From: an uncultured Nitrososphaerota archaeon
GTDB lineage: Archaea; Thermoproteota; EX4484-205; JAAOZO01
NCBI GenBank assembly: GCA_964408285.1
Contig: CAYOYV010000002.1
Coordinates: 32,001-96,000 of the forward strand
Reading direction: 5' to 3'
DNA: 64,000 nucleotides
Under the pieces are notes generated by a model. It was not told where the DNA came from, did no database searches, and saw nothing but the letters and a program-made list of their open reading frames with translations. Each line of letters begins with the position of its first letter. Positions within the stretch are counted from its first letter, which is position 1. This document shows, in pieces, positions 48,286 through 58,066 of this stretch. The position numbers were made by a program, and so were the translations under genes.

Positions 48286-49512
48286 ATGGCAGAGAAGATC
48301 GTCGTCGAACCTGGAAGAACTGCGGATTTGGACACCTTCGATGGAGATTTGGTGGCAGGTGGAAATTCGGTCATCAAATCCAAGTCAGGAGGCCCAATCG
48401 TGGTGACGGGCACGGCTAAATTCAAGGGAGATTGCAACATTCATTCCAATTTCCAAGCCAAGAACGTAAGGGGAGAAGACGGGAGAATCCATGTGCTTGG
48501 TGATCTTACGGTCGATGAATCAATTGATGTCCGAGAGGGGGAAGTCTTGGTTGATGGCCAAGCAAAAGCCAAGGAAATAGATGTCGAGAGGAGGCTGACG
48601 GTCAAAGGAGACCTGCATTCAGAGAGGGTGGACGTCGGGGGAAGTCTAGAGGTCGGGCGAGACTCCAATGTTACAAGAGTCAATGTGGGAGGAACCATGT
48701 CAATGAATGGCAATCTGAAGGGATCACAGCTGGATGTAGGTGGGTCGGCTGATGTAAGAGGAACAGTTGAACTTGAGAAGCTCTCTGTAGGCGGAAGCGC
48801 GAAGGTGGGATCAGGAACAATAAACTACATATCAGTGGGTGGATTCCTTGAGTCAACCGGGAAGCTCAGGTTTCGAGAAATTGATGTAGGAGGCGCAGTA
48901 AGATTGGCCTCTGGGGAAGGGGAAGGAATAATCAATGTCGGCGGAAAGGTGGATGTTGATGGAGACATCGAATTCAAGGAAATCGACGTTGGAGGGATGG
49001 CAACGATCAGAGGCAATGCAAAGGGCAAGAAGGTAGAGGTAGGAGGGAAGCTCAGAGTGGACAAGAGCGCGAAGATAGATGATAGTCTCGAAGTCGGTGG
49101 ATCAGTCGACGTCCATGATGACCTCAGCGGAGGCGACATTGAAGTGGGAGGCTCTCTTCGAAGCAACATATGCATAGCACGCAAGGTGAGAGTTGGCGGA
49201 AGGGTCGAGACGGAAAAAGGAACCAAGGCGGATGTCTTCGAGATAGGAAAGCGTGGGAATGTGAGAGGCCCTATCGTCGCAACCCGCGTAAGGATTGCAG
49301 ATGGAGCCCAGGTCGAGGACATCTATGCAGACGAAGTGGAAATTCGCAGGAATTCCTCCGCTCGAAATGTGTTCGCAAGAGCAGCAAGGATTGAAGGTGG
49401 ATGTGAAATCTCGGGGGAGGTGTTGTACACGGATAGGTTGGATTCCGACAGGGATGTTCAGTTCGGTTCAGAGCCCAAAAAAGTAGAAAAACTGCCGGGC
49501 CCCCCCGTTTAG
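48286..49512 (+). CDS. Bactofilin-like (polymer-forming) beta-helix repeat protein
   Basis: 12 successive hxVGG repeats at about 16-18 aa period; SD-like GGTGA before ATG 48286. Confidence 0.8.
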   Translation: MAEKIVVEPGRTADLDTFDGDLVAGGNSVIKSKSGGPIVVTGTAKFKGDCNIHSNFQAKNVRGEDGRIHVLGDLTVDESIDVREGEVLVDGQAKAKEIDVERRLTVKGDLHSERVDVGGSLEVGRDSNVTRVNVGGTMSMNGNLKGSQLDVGGSADVRGTVELEKLSVGGSAKVGSGTINYISVGGFLESTGKLRFREIDVGGAVRLASGEGEGIINVGGKVDVDGDIEFKEIDVGGMATIRGNAKGKKVEVGGKLRVDKSAKIDDSLEVGGSVDVHDDLSGGDIEVGGSLRSNICIARKVRVGGRVETEKGTKADVFEIGKRGNVRGPIVATRVRIADGAQVEDIYADEVEIRRNSSARNVFARAARIEGGCEISGEVLYTDRLDSDRDVQFGSEPKKVEKLPGPPV

Positions 49513-49524
49513 GGGGAACCCGGC
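49494..49524 (+). other. GC-rich stem-loop spanning the stop codon
   Basis: GCCGGG-CC-CCCCC / GTTTA loop / GGGGG-AA-CCCGGC, 11 G-C pairs. Confidence 0.5.
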
Positions 49525-49532
49525 GATCCTAG

Positions 49533-49793
49533 ATGAGCAAATCCAAGAGATCGAGAATAGAGATCTATGTGGATGTGCTGAGGACGCTACGCACCTATGA
49601 CGGTGGTTGCAGGATAACCCGGTTGGCCTATGGATCAAACATGCCGTTGGACAGGATGAGGAAAACAGCCAGTGACTTGATGTCCCATGGCTTGATCGGC
49701 GTAAGCGTTGAGGATCCTGGGATTTATTTCATCACCGCGAGGGGCATGGAGTTCTTGGAAGCTTACAAGAAGCTGTCGATGATCCTAGAATGA
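49533..49793 (+). CDS. Small archaeal winged-helix transcription regulator (HTH_45/ArnR1-like)
   Basis: RSRIEIYVDVL, ITRLAYGSNM, Y.IT.RG.EFL. Confidence 0.88.
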   Translation: MSKSKRSRIEIYVDVLRTLRTYDGGCRITRLAYGSNMPLDRMRKTASDLMSHGLIGVSVEDPGIYFITARGMEFLEAYKKLSMILE

Positions 49794-49969
49794 CCTGCGC
49801 ACAGCCGAAAAGCAATTACTGAGGGAATCGATGTTCCATCCGCCAGAGAATCCTTCGCACCCGGGGCTTATATAGGGTGCTTCAGCGAGCCAAAACCGGC
49901 TCAGAATCCTGAATATTCTTGTCTAACGAAATAGAAGATTTTATAAAACATGCCCTCACGGGGGCGGTT

Positions 49970-51334
49970 ATGGCAGAAAAAACTACATCTGAAACCAGCT
50001 CAAAACCATCTTCATCGAGTTCGCTTCTCACAAGATTCGCTGCCATCGCAGTGATCGCGCTACTAGTAGGGGCGGCGGTCGGCTATCTTGTGGCATCCTC
50101 TCAACTCAGCCCTCAACTGAAGGGCCTACAGGATCAGGTGAGTACGTTACAGACACAAGCGAACAACCTCACGAGCACGGTGAACGCACTCAAAGCCAAG
50201 TATGAGACTGTGAAGGAATACACCATAGGCGGTGCTTTAGGACTGAGCGGAGATCTTGCGCCGATTGGCCAGGTCCTCAAAGAGGTCGTGACATGGGCAG
50301 TGAAGGACTTGAACCAGCAGCTAGCGGATCAAGGAATCAAGATCAAATTCAATACGGTAATTGCCGATACGAAGACAAATCCGACCGAGGCCCTGAAAGC
50401 GGTGCAGACCCTGGCAGCGGCTGGAGTGCGAGTCATAGTTGGTCCATTAGCGAGTTCAGAAATCGCGGCTGTCAAGGCATACGCGGACGAGAACAAGATA
50501 GTCATAGTTTCTCCCTCCTCAACTGCGGCAAGCCTAGCGATTCCTGGAGACTTCATATTCAGAGACGTCTTCTCCGATGTCGCACAGGCTGCTGCCCTGG
50601 CAAGCTTGGCGAAATCCCTCAAACTGACGAAAGTCGTAGTATTCCACAGGGACGATCCGTATGGCATAGGCCTCGCGCAATTCTTCAAGAAGGATTTCGA
50701 GGCCCTTGGGGGGAAGGTGACAACCTTGAAGTATGCGACCGGCTTGGCGGACTACGCAAGCGACGTAGCAGCCCTCAGTAGCACTGTCAAAAGCTTTGGA
50801 GCCGACGCCGTGTTATCGGTGACCTTTGACACAGACGGCGTGAACATCCTCACCCACGCAAAAGACGATGCGACACTCAGGACGATAACACTGCTGACAA
50901 GCGAAGGAATTCACGGAACCCCTCAGCTTAAGGAACCAGCGATAGCGGCCTATCTTCAGCTAGTGAAGTATATCGGGACGAGACCTACTCCTGCGGCCAA
51001 TCCCCTTGCTGATACTCTTCTTGAAGCATTCAAGCAAAGAATGAAGAAGGAGACCGGTAGGGACTTCACGGTCTTCTCCGAATATATCTATGACGCCGTC
51101 TTCCTAGTGGGTAGAGCAATAGTGGCAGCAGGAAAGTACGACGGAGCGGCAATCGCCCAATGGTTGCCCAAAGTTGGCGCGAACTACTTCGGCTTGACCG
51201 GCTGGTGCATATTCGATGAAAATGGAGATAGACCCAGTCAGGGCTATGCAATATGGACCATTGCTCCCACAGATGGGGCATACGACTTCAAGGACATAGG
51301 GTCTTATGCGGCTGGCACTATAACCTGGGGATAG
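49970..51334 (+). CDS. livK: Branched-chain amino-acid ABC transporter substrate-binding protein
   Basis: TM plus coiled-coil spacer, LSGDLA, GPLASSE, SPSSTA, YDAV, FDENGD; TTTTATAAA about 23 nt before ATG 49970. Confidence 0.88.
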   Translation: MAEKTTSETSSKPSSSSSLLTRFAAIAVIALLVGAAVGYLVASSQLSPQLKGLQDQVSTLQTQANNLTSTVNALKAKYETVKEYTIGGALGLSGDLAPIGQVLKEVVTWAVKDLNQQLADQGIKIKFNTVIADTKTNPTEALKAVQTLAAAGVRVIVGPLASSEIAAVKAYADENKIVIVSPSSTAASLAIPGDFIFRDVFSDVAQAAALASLAKSLKLTKVVVFHRDDPYGIGLAQFFKKDFEALGGKVTTLKYATGLADYASDVAALSSTVKSFGADAVLSVTFDTDGVNILTHAKDDATLRTITLLTSEGIHGTPQLKEPAIAAYLQLVKYIGTRPTPAANPLADTLLEAFKQRMKKETGRDFTVFSEYIYDAVFLVGRAIVAAGKYDGAAIAQWLPKVGANYFGLTGWCIFDENGDRPSQGYAIWTIAPTDGAYDFKDIGSYAAGTITWG

Positions 51335-51390
51335 AGTGCCTATCCCCTTTTTACAATTCTTTATCAAGCTAGCTAATTGGTGGGTGAGGG

Positions 51391-52332
51391 TTGATCCCAT
51401 TCCTTTCAGAAATCATCAATGCCGTGGTGATAGGTAGCCTATACAGCCTCATGGCTTTGCCCCTTACTCTTAGCTACAGGATTGTCAAGTTCCCCAACTT
51501 CGCACACACTTTCCTGATAACAATGGGTGCATACGCAGCCATTTTCGTCTCTCTTCCCTTCTCAACAAGCGTTTTCGTTCTGGTTCCCGTTTCGTTCGCA
51601 GCAGGAGCGATACTCGCTACCTTCAACCACCTCCTAGTCTACGCCCCACTCATCAGAAGAGGAGCCACCCCCCTGACCCTTATGATAGCTTCGCTGGGCA
51701 GTTCTACGCTCCTAAAGTACGTCCTTTACTCAGTCATTGATGTATCTAGGAGACTCTGGAAGGTAGAGCTCTACTATCTATTGCCGAATGTTCCCATGGG
51801 AGAACCCTTCGTGATAGGAGACTTCTATGTGAGTCAGATCTTCGTTCTATCGGTTGCAATTGCCATCACACTCTTCGTCTCGCTGCAGTTGTTTCTCCTG
51901 AAGTCAAGGATTGGAAGAGCCATCAGGGCAGTTGCTGACAACGCGGATCTCGCTGAGCTCTCGGGAATCTCCAAGGACAGAATGATGATAGTCATGTGGA
52001 TCATAGCAGGGGGCATAACGGCCATAGCTGGTTTGTTCTGGTGTTTCTTCACCCGGTCCAGCCCGGAAATGGGAGATGCCGTCATACTGTCGGTCTTCGC
52101 TTCATCTGTGATTGGAGGGCTACAGAGTTTTCTCGGAACAGTATCGGGGGCATACATAATCGCGTTCTCAGAGAACGTACTGATCGCTGCATTGCACAAC
52201 GTTCTCGGACTTGACGTGAGTTTCAGGCCCTTCATTTCATTCTTGACGCTTGTGGTGGTTCTTCTCGTAAGACCTCCTGCCGGGGTTAGCCTCACCGCGC
52301 GGACAGTGTTTGGGAGGAAGAGAAAGAAATGA
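51391..52332 (+). CDS. livH: Branched-chain amino-acid ABC transporter permease
   Basis: NFAH, GRAIRAVADN.DLA.LSGI, IGG. Confidence 0.9.
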   Translation: MIPFLSEIINAVVIGSLYSLMALPLTLSYRIVKFPNFAHTFLITMGAYAAIFVSLPFSTSVFVLVPVSFAAGAILATFNHLLVYAPLIRRGATPLTLMIASLGSSTLLKYVLYSVIDVSRRLWKVELYYLLPNVPMGEPFVIGDFYVSQIFVLSVAIAITLFVSLQLFLLKSRIGRAIRAVADNADLAELSGISKDRMMIVMWIIAGGITAIAGLFWCFFTRSSPEMGDAVILSVFASSVIGGLQSFLGTVSGAYIIAFSENVLIAALHNVLGLDVSFRPFISFLTLVVVLLVRPPAGVSLTARTVFGRKRKK

Positions 52333-53450
52333 TAGACATATTGGGCTTCTTGTTGTCCTGGCTGACCTTCCTGGCGATATACACAATACTTTCATTGAGC
52401 CTGAATCTTGAGTACGGTTTTGCTGGCCAAGCCAATTTCGGAAAGGTCGCTTTCTACGCGATTGGAGGCTACACAGCTTCTGTTTTCTCTATTTCGCTGT
52501 TCCTCAGAGTATACGGACTAGGGTATGCGCTTCATGAACTCGATACGTTGATAGTGATGGGCAAGCTTGTGCCGAAGGATCCCGTCCTTGATGTCGTATC
52601 CTTCGTGGCTTCCCTAGTCCTTGCCTTTGTGATATCAGGAGCTATCGGATACCTGATCGCATATCCCACGCTTAGAGTTGGGCCGGAATTTGTTGGAATA
52701 ACAATCCTGAGTTTTGGAGAGCTACTTAGGGTATTTCTAAGTAACTATCAGACCCTTGGTGGCCCTTACGGTTTGGGGGGCATTCCTAACCCGTTCTCTT
52801 GGATCAATGATGTGGTCACCAAGAATGTCTGCTATACAGTGACGGTGATTGTCCTATCGGCCTTGATTTACTTATTCCTCCAGAGATTGGTTAACTCTCC
52901 ATATGGTAGGGCCTTGAAGGCCGTTAGAGAAGATGAGTCGGCCTCTCTCTCTTTTGGAAAGAATGTCCAGAAACTGAGGTCTCAAGTCTTCTTCATAGGC
53001 TCTGGACTGGCCGGCATAGCAGGAGCACTCTACGCGCATTACGCCACCTTCGTCAGCCCCGATAACTTCATCCCGTCGGTAACATTCGATGTCTGGACCA
53101 TAGTCATTCTTGGGGGAAAGGGAAATAACAAGGGGGTTGTCGTGGGGGCCATTCTGTTAACCCTTGTCGATAGATTGACGAGTGTCTTGTATTTCCTGTT
53201 CCCTGGATTTCCGATCGATCCTAACTTCATTAGGTGGATGCTAATGGGGTTAATACTTGTTGTGGCATTGATATTCAGGCCAGAAGGGCTACTCCGTGAA
53301 GGGTCAACCGAGACAATCGCGTGGAAGGTGCTCGCGAAATTCGAGGGACCAGAAGAGAGAAAGAGGCCTTCCCTCTTGAATAAGGTTGAGGGATTCCTTA
53401 AGGGGGCCATCACTCGAATAATCAAGTGGTTCACAATGGAGGGCGGATGA
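52329..53450 (+). CDS. livM: Branched-chain amino-acid ABC transporter permease
   Basis: LNL.YG.AGQ.NFG, SPYGRALKAVREDE, LGG.GN, RPEGLL. Confidence 0.9.
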   Translation: MIDILGFLLSWLTFLAIYTILSLSLNLEYGFAGQANFGKVAFYAIGGYTASVFSISLFLRVYGLGYALHELDTLIVMGKLVPKDPVLDVVSFVASLVLAFVISGAIGYLIAYPTLRVGPEFVGITILSFGELLRVFLSNYQTLGGPYGLGGIPNPFSWINDVVTKNVCYTVTVIVLSALIYLFLQRLVNSPYGRALKAVREDESASLSFGKNVQKLRSQVFFIGSGLAGIAGALYAHYATFVSPDNFIPSVTFDVWTIVILGGKGNNKGVVVGAILLTLVDRLTSVLYFLFPGFPIDPNFIRWMLMGLILVVALIFRPEGLLREGSTETIAWKVLAKFEGPEERKRPSLLNKVEGFLKGAITRIIKWFTMEGG

Positions 53451-54217
53451 TTAGGTTGCCGGAAGAGATTCTAAAGGTCGTTGATGTGGTGAAAACCTTC
53501 GGTGGCATCAGGGCCGTAGATGGCGTCAGCCTAACCGTTGAGAAATCCGGCATAGTGGGGTTGATAGGGCCGAATGGAAGCGGGAAGACGACACTTTTCA
53601 ATGCGATAACAGGCTTCTATCCCCCCGACTCTGGCGAGATATACTTCGATGGAAAACGCATAGACGGGCTTTCCCCGAATGAAACATATGGACTTGGCTT
53701 GGTCAGGACTTTTCAGAATCCGAGGTTATTCAAGGAAATGACTGTTCTGGAGAATCTGTTAATTCCCCCAAAGGAACAAAAAGGCGAAGAGCTCCTGACC
53801 GCTCCCTTCGAAAGATGGTGGGACGCGGAAGAAGAACAGCTGACCAGGAGAGCTCTGAGCCTTTCTGAAATCTTCATGTTGAGGGGTTTGGAGCGCGGAT
53901 CTACCTCTGACCTATCAGGCGGCCATATGAAACTTCTTGAAACTTCCAGGGGATTGATGGGAAATCCGAGAATGCTGCTCTTGGACGAACCTGCCGCAGG
54001 AGTCACCTATTCCCTAGCAAGGCAGATCTTCGACCATGTCACTGAATTGAGAGCGCGCTTGGGACTGACTTTCCTAATTGTTGAACACCGAATTGACATC
54101 TTACTGAATTACGTTGACCGGGTCTATGTGCTTCACCTTGGCAAGGTGATTTTCGAAGGAAGCCCGAAAGATGCAAGAAGTGATCGTGGGGTGATAAAGG
54201 CCTACCTTGGCGACTGA
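53447..54217 (+). CDS. livG: Branched-chain amino-acid ABC transporter ATP-binding protein
   Basis: FGGIRAV, GPNGSGKTT, RTFQ, LSGG, LLDEPAAG, VEH, AYLG; ATGA overlap with livM. Confidence 0.92.
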   Translation: MIRLPEEILKVVDVVKTFGGIRAVDGVSLTVEKSGIVGLIGPNGSGKTTLFNAITGFYPPDSGEIYFDGKRIDGLSPNETYGLGLVRTFQNPRLFKEMTVLENLLIPPKEQKGEELLTAPFERWWDAEEEQLTRRALSLSEIFMLRGLERGSTSDLSGGHMKLLETSRGLMGNPRMLLLDEPAAGVTYSLARQIFDHVTELRARLGLTFLIVEHRIDILLNYVDRVYVLHLGKVIFEGSPKDARSDRGVIKAYLGD

Positions 54218-54926
54218 TGGTGTTCTACTCGAGATAAGCGATCTCTCTTCGGGATATGGAAAGATGTTGGTGGTTCAGCACAGCAATGTTAGGGTGGACA
54301 AGGGTGAGATAGTCTGCTTGCTCGGACCCAATGGGAGCGGCAAGACCACACTTCTTAACACGATATGTGGACTGGCGAACAGATTTGAAGGCAAAATTAT
54401 GTTCGACGGAATCGACATAACCAACTGCAAACCAAATGACGCAGTAAGAATGGGAATAGGATATTCCCCCCAGGTCTCGAATGTGTTCCCGTCTTTAACG
54501 GCAGAGGAGAACCTCGAAGTTGGAGCATACACCAAGAAAGGATATCGTAGAGAAGACCTAGAATCCGTGCTGTCTCTATTCCCCGAGCTCGAGAAACGCA
54601 GGAAGAGCCTGGCTATCACTCTCAGTGGCGGAGAGCGGCAGATGCTTGCAGTAGCCCGTTCACTGATTTCTGAGCCCAAGCTCCTTCTCTTAGACGAGCC
54701 GACAGCCGGGCTTTCCCCAATAGCTTCGAGCACCCTATTGAGAAAGGTAACGGAGATAAGGAAGAGGGGGAAGACGATATTGTTGGTTGAACAGAATGCG
54801 AGGAGGGCACTTGAGATATCAGACAGGGCTTACGTCATGGTTGGAGGAACAATTGTCTTTGATGGAATAGCGCACGATGCTCTGAACGACCCTGAATTGG
54901 CACGACTATATTTTGGCACAACTTGA
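54207..54926 (+). CDS. livF: Branched-chain amino-acid ABC transporter ATP-binding protein
   Basis: GPNGSGKTT, LSGGERQMLA, LLDEPTAGLSP, VEQN. Confidence 0.92.
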   Translation: MATDGVLLEISDLSSGYGKMLVVQHSNVRVDKGEIVCLLGPNGSGKTTLLNTICGLANRFEGKIMFDGIDITNCKPNDAVRMGIGYSPQVSNVFPSLTAEENLEVGAYTKKGYRREDLESVLSLFPELEKRRKSLAITLSGGERQMLAVARSLISEPKLLLLDEPTAGLSPIASSTLLRKVTEIRKRGKTILLVEQNARRALEISDRAYVMVGGTIVFDGIAHDALNDPELARLYFGTT

Positions 54927-54974
54927 GCTTAGAGCGCTTGACCAACCAGTCGATTACGGCAGCTGGGTCTTGGA

Positions 54975-55406
54975 TTGTGGTTGAGTATCAGAGACCAGGG
55001 GATTTTCCTCAATGAAATCGAGGTCCCTTCGGTTCAAGTCGCTCGCGTTGCAGGAGTCGACAGATGTATCATGGGCGAGACGGTAAATGCGATAATCGCT
55101 GACGAAGAGTTGAGGAAGATGTTCGGGGCCTTAAGGTCGTCGGGGCACTCATTGAAGGAGATAGCCAGACATTTGGATTTGGGAGTAGTCGAGATAACCC
55201 CTGTCACCGCAAGGATACCGGGCATATTGGAGAATTCAGCCATGATCATTGCGAGAAGTGGACTGAGCATTAGACAGTCGATAGTGGACGATCCAGGGCT
55301 TTCACCCGAGCCAAAGCTTACTCTGATAGTGGAAAAAAAGATACCAGGGGAATTGATCTCGGAATTCCTGAAGATATCCGGCGTTGCCAAGGTTTCCATA
55401 TACTGA
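54975..55406 (+). CDS. Archaeal HTH-ACT amino-acid-binding regulator, apparently N-terminally truncated
   Basis: IEVP.VQVARVAGVDR, PGIL..SA..IA..GLSIRQ....DP.L.PEPKLT; in-frame TGA at 54939. Confidence 0.7.
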   Translation: MWLSIRDQGIFLNEIEVPSVQVARVAGVDRCIMGETVNAIIADEELRKMFGALRSSGHSLKEIARHLDLGVVEITPVTARIPGILENSAMIIARSGLSIRQSIVDDPGLSPEPKLTLIVEKKIPGELISEFLKISGVAKVSIY

Positions 55407-55464
55407 GCTCTTCTTCCTAGAACGGCTCATCAATCTAGGAATTAGCGGGACTTTGGATCTACCC

Positions 55465-56319
55465 TCAGAATATGGGCTCGAATCCCATTCTGGTCAGGCG
55501 GTCAATAAACGTCACTTGTTCCTTTTCACTCAATCTCCTGTACCGTTCCGCAGCATCGATCACCTTGGGCCACAGTTTGGTATCTCCTGCAATGGAATAA
55601 GTTGCTACGCCCTTCTGAGAGAGAGTGAACCAGACTAGCCTGTCGATCTCCTTCTGAACATCGCTCGGTTCATACCAGGTGGAATATCTCTTCTCTCCTT
55701 TCCATTTTCCCTTGGCAATTGACTTGATTGCCACAACTCCCAATCCCCTTTCGGACGCCGCTTTTAGAACTGGCCTGAAATCATTGGCCGGTGTGTGAGA
55801 TACAAGGGCTGAGGCGCTGACGGGCAATAGGATTGTGTCAAGGTCGAACATCTGAATTGCCCTCATGTGAACCCTGACATCGGCATGTCCTGTCAATCCT
55901 ATGTACTTTGTCAGCCCGGTTTCCTTGGCCTCCTTGAGAGCTTCTATTGCTCCGTTCTCTTCTGATGCCCGACTGAGGTCCTCAAAATCCCTCACGGCAT
56001 GCATCTGATACAGATCGAAGGATTTCACTCCCAGCCTCCCCAAGGACGCGTTCAACTCCTTCCACGCGCCCTGCCTGCTTCTTTCCAATGTCTTTTCGGC
56101 CAAAAAGAAGCGATCCCTGCATTTCTGAAGCCATGGTCCCAGCCTGGCCTCTGCATCACCATAGCTCGGGGCAACGTCTATCATGTTCAGCCCATGATCA
56201 AGTGCGAACTGGATTGATTTGTCCGCCTCCTCTTGGTTCAAGTGGCCAATACCTGCGCCTCCCAGGGCGACCATGCTCACATGTCTGCCCGTTCGTCCAA
56301 GAATTCTCTTTCTGAGCAA
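55465..56319 (-). CDS. Aldo/keto reductase
   Basis: RILGRTG, DVAPSYG.AE, EKT, DLYQMH, IG.TGH; TTG 56319 chosen from the TATA-like box at 56351-56358. Confidence 0.9.
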   Translation of the reverse strand: MLRKRILGRTGRHVSMVALGGAGIGHLNQEEADKSIQFALDHGLNMIDVAPSYGDAEARLGPWLQKCRDRFFLAEKTLERSRQGAWKELNASLGRLGVKSFDLYQMHAVRDFEDLSRASEENGAIEALKEAKETGLTKYIGLTGHADVRVHMRAIQMFDLDTILLPVSASALVSHTPANDFRPVLKAASERGLGVVAIKSIAKGKWKGEKRYSTWYEPSDVQKEIDRLVWFTLSQKGVATYSIAGDTKLWPKVIDAAERYRRLSEKEQVTFIDRLTRMGFEPIF

Positions 56320-56538
56320 TATGATTGGATCCCTCGTCCGAGGGACTGGGTATATAAGAATTAGAGAATAACGGTCACATAAGTGCGTTTCAATTGATCT
56401 CAGAACACCTTTCCCTGACATGTCGGCCATTGCTATTACCCGCTAAAGACGGATCGTAGGCGGTAGGGACATTCTATGTTTGCTGCATCCGATAAGCAGT
56501 TTTATATTAGCACAAGAAGCAGAACGTCGGGAACGAAG

Positions 56539-57684
56539 ATGCAGCCAAGAAAACTTCCAATTGCTTTGGTGGGATGTGGTGGCATAATGGGCGCACATCT
56601 GGGTGGATATAGGGACCTCTACACAAGAGGTATTCGGGTCTTTGATATCAGAGCGACCTGCGACACGGTAGAATCGATGGCGCGCGAGAAAGCCGAGGCT
56701 GTAGCAAACTTCCAGGAGTCGAGGCCGAAGGTATACACGAATCTCGAAGAGGTGCTGAGGAACCAGAACATCGAGGCCGTTGATATCGGCCTTCCTCACA
56801 ATATACACCACACTATCGCTTCGAAATGCCTTGAAGAAGGCCTCGATGTAATAATCGAAAAGCCATTGGCCATAACAATGAGGGCTGCCAAGGTCATCAT
56901 AGAGAAGGCTCAAAGATCTGGGAGAACTCTTGCTGTAGCAGAGAATTACAGACGAAGTCCTGCAAATAGGGCGATATGGTGGGCCATAAGAGAAGGTCTA
57001 CTTGGCGATCCGAGAATGATAATGTACACTTCTGCTGGATATAGTACCCAAGCATGGGGCTGGAGGGAATCCAGATTCTCTGCAGGCGGAAGCTGGGTAT
57101 TCGATGGTGGGGTCCATATTGCGGATCTTGACAGGTACCAGATCCACAGGGAAGCAATCGACGTATATGCGGTTCAGGACACGTTTGACCCGGTGAAGAA
57201 TGGGATCAACGTGACAGTCGACGACATGACGATGGCTATCATAAGATATGAGGGAAGGGTCTATTCACAATGGATCTGGACTAGAGCTGCACCGGGAAAA
57301 TCGACCTACAGCAGAATAATCCATGGGTCGAAGGGCTCTGTAAACGAGGAGTCACTCATGATGCATAGGGAAGGGGGGCTTGAGGTTTACGGACTCAATA
57401 ACCTCATCGAAAGGATGAACAAGGATTTGAGCCAAGAGGAGAAAGAGAGGATGTTTCCAGGTGGTGCTACGGACACGTTTTCGACAGAATTGCACGATTT
57501 CTACGATTCAATCGTAAACAAACGAAAACCGGAAGTGGATGGACATGAGGCATACAAGGACATGGCGATAACCCTCGGGTTCTACGAATCAGCAGTATCT
57601 GGGCGCCCCATCAGGGTATCGGATGTTGAGGAGCTGGTAATAGAGGAATACCAGAAGGAGATAAACGAGAAAGTAGGAATCTAG
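56539..57684 (+). CDS. Gfo/Idh/MocA oxidoreductase
   Basis: LVGCGGI, LPHNIH, IEKPLA, AENYRR, DGGVH. Confidence 0.9.
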   Translation: MQPRKLPIALVGCGGIMGAHLGGYRDLYTRGIRVFDIRATCDTVESMAREKAEAVANFQESRPKVYTNLEEVLRNQNIEAVDIGLPHNIHHTIASKCLEEGLDVIIEKPLAITMRAAKVIIEKAQRSGRTLAVAENYRRSPANRAIWWAIREGLLGDPRMIMYTSAGYSTQAWGWRESRFSAGGSWVFDGGVHIADLDRYQIHREAIDVYAVQDTFDPVKNGINVTVDDMTMAIIRYEGRVYSQWIWTRAAPGKSTYSRIIHGSKGSVNEESLMMHREGGLEVYGLNNLIERMNKDLSQEEKERMFPGGATDTFSTELHDFYDSIVNKRKPEVDGHEAYKDMAITLGFYESAVSGRPIRVSDVEELVIEEYQKEINEKVGI

Positions 57685-57777
57685 GTGGAACCCAAGGCTC
57701 CATGGAGGCCAAGCTGATTTCATAGTTCCGAGCTCATAACGGATAGAAAGATGGTCTGATCATACTGATGAAATGAC

Positions 57778-58059
57778 CTATATCACATGGAGGATTACTG
57801 TGTCCCCATGACTGAATCCTTGGACATCTTCACTTAGTCTCACGATCCTTTTTCCGAAGTCCTCGGGGTTCCCCTTGATGACCGCCAATTCCACTGCTCT
57901 TCCGATCGTCAAGCCGAGCAATTGACCTCTTGTCACCTGCACTTTGTCTCCTTCTTTCACGCCCAAGAGCTCCATTGCTACGGGGTCTAATGCAATAGCA
58001 TTCTTCGTTTTCGACTGCTTGAGTGAAAATCCGACAACAAACGTCAGGGCACTTATCAT
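57778..58059 (-). CDS. Stand-alone double-psi beta-barrel protein (CDC48/VAT N-domain-like)
   Basis: Two GD-box repeats: LDPVAMELLGVKEGDKVQV and PEDFGKRIVRLS...HGDTV. Confidence 0.68.
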   Translation of the reverse strand: MISALTFVVGFSLKQSKTKNAIALDPVAMELLGVKEGDKVQVTRGQLLGLTIGRAVELAVIKGNPEDFGKRIVRLSEDVQGFSHGDTVILHVI

Positions 58060-58066
58060 CTAGGTC

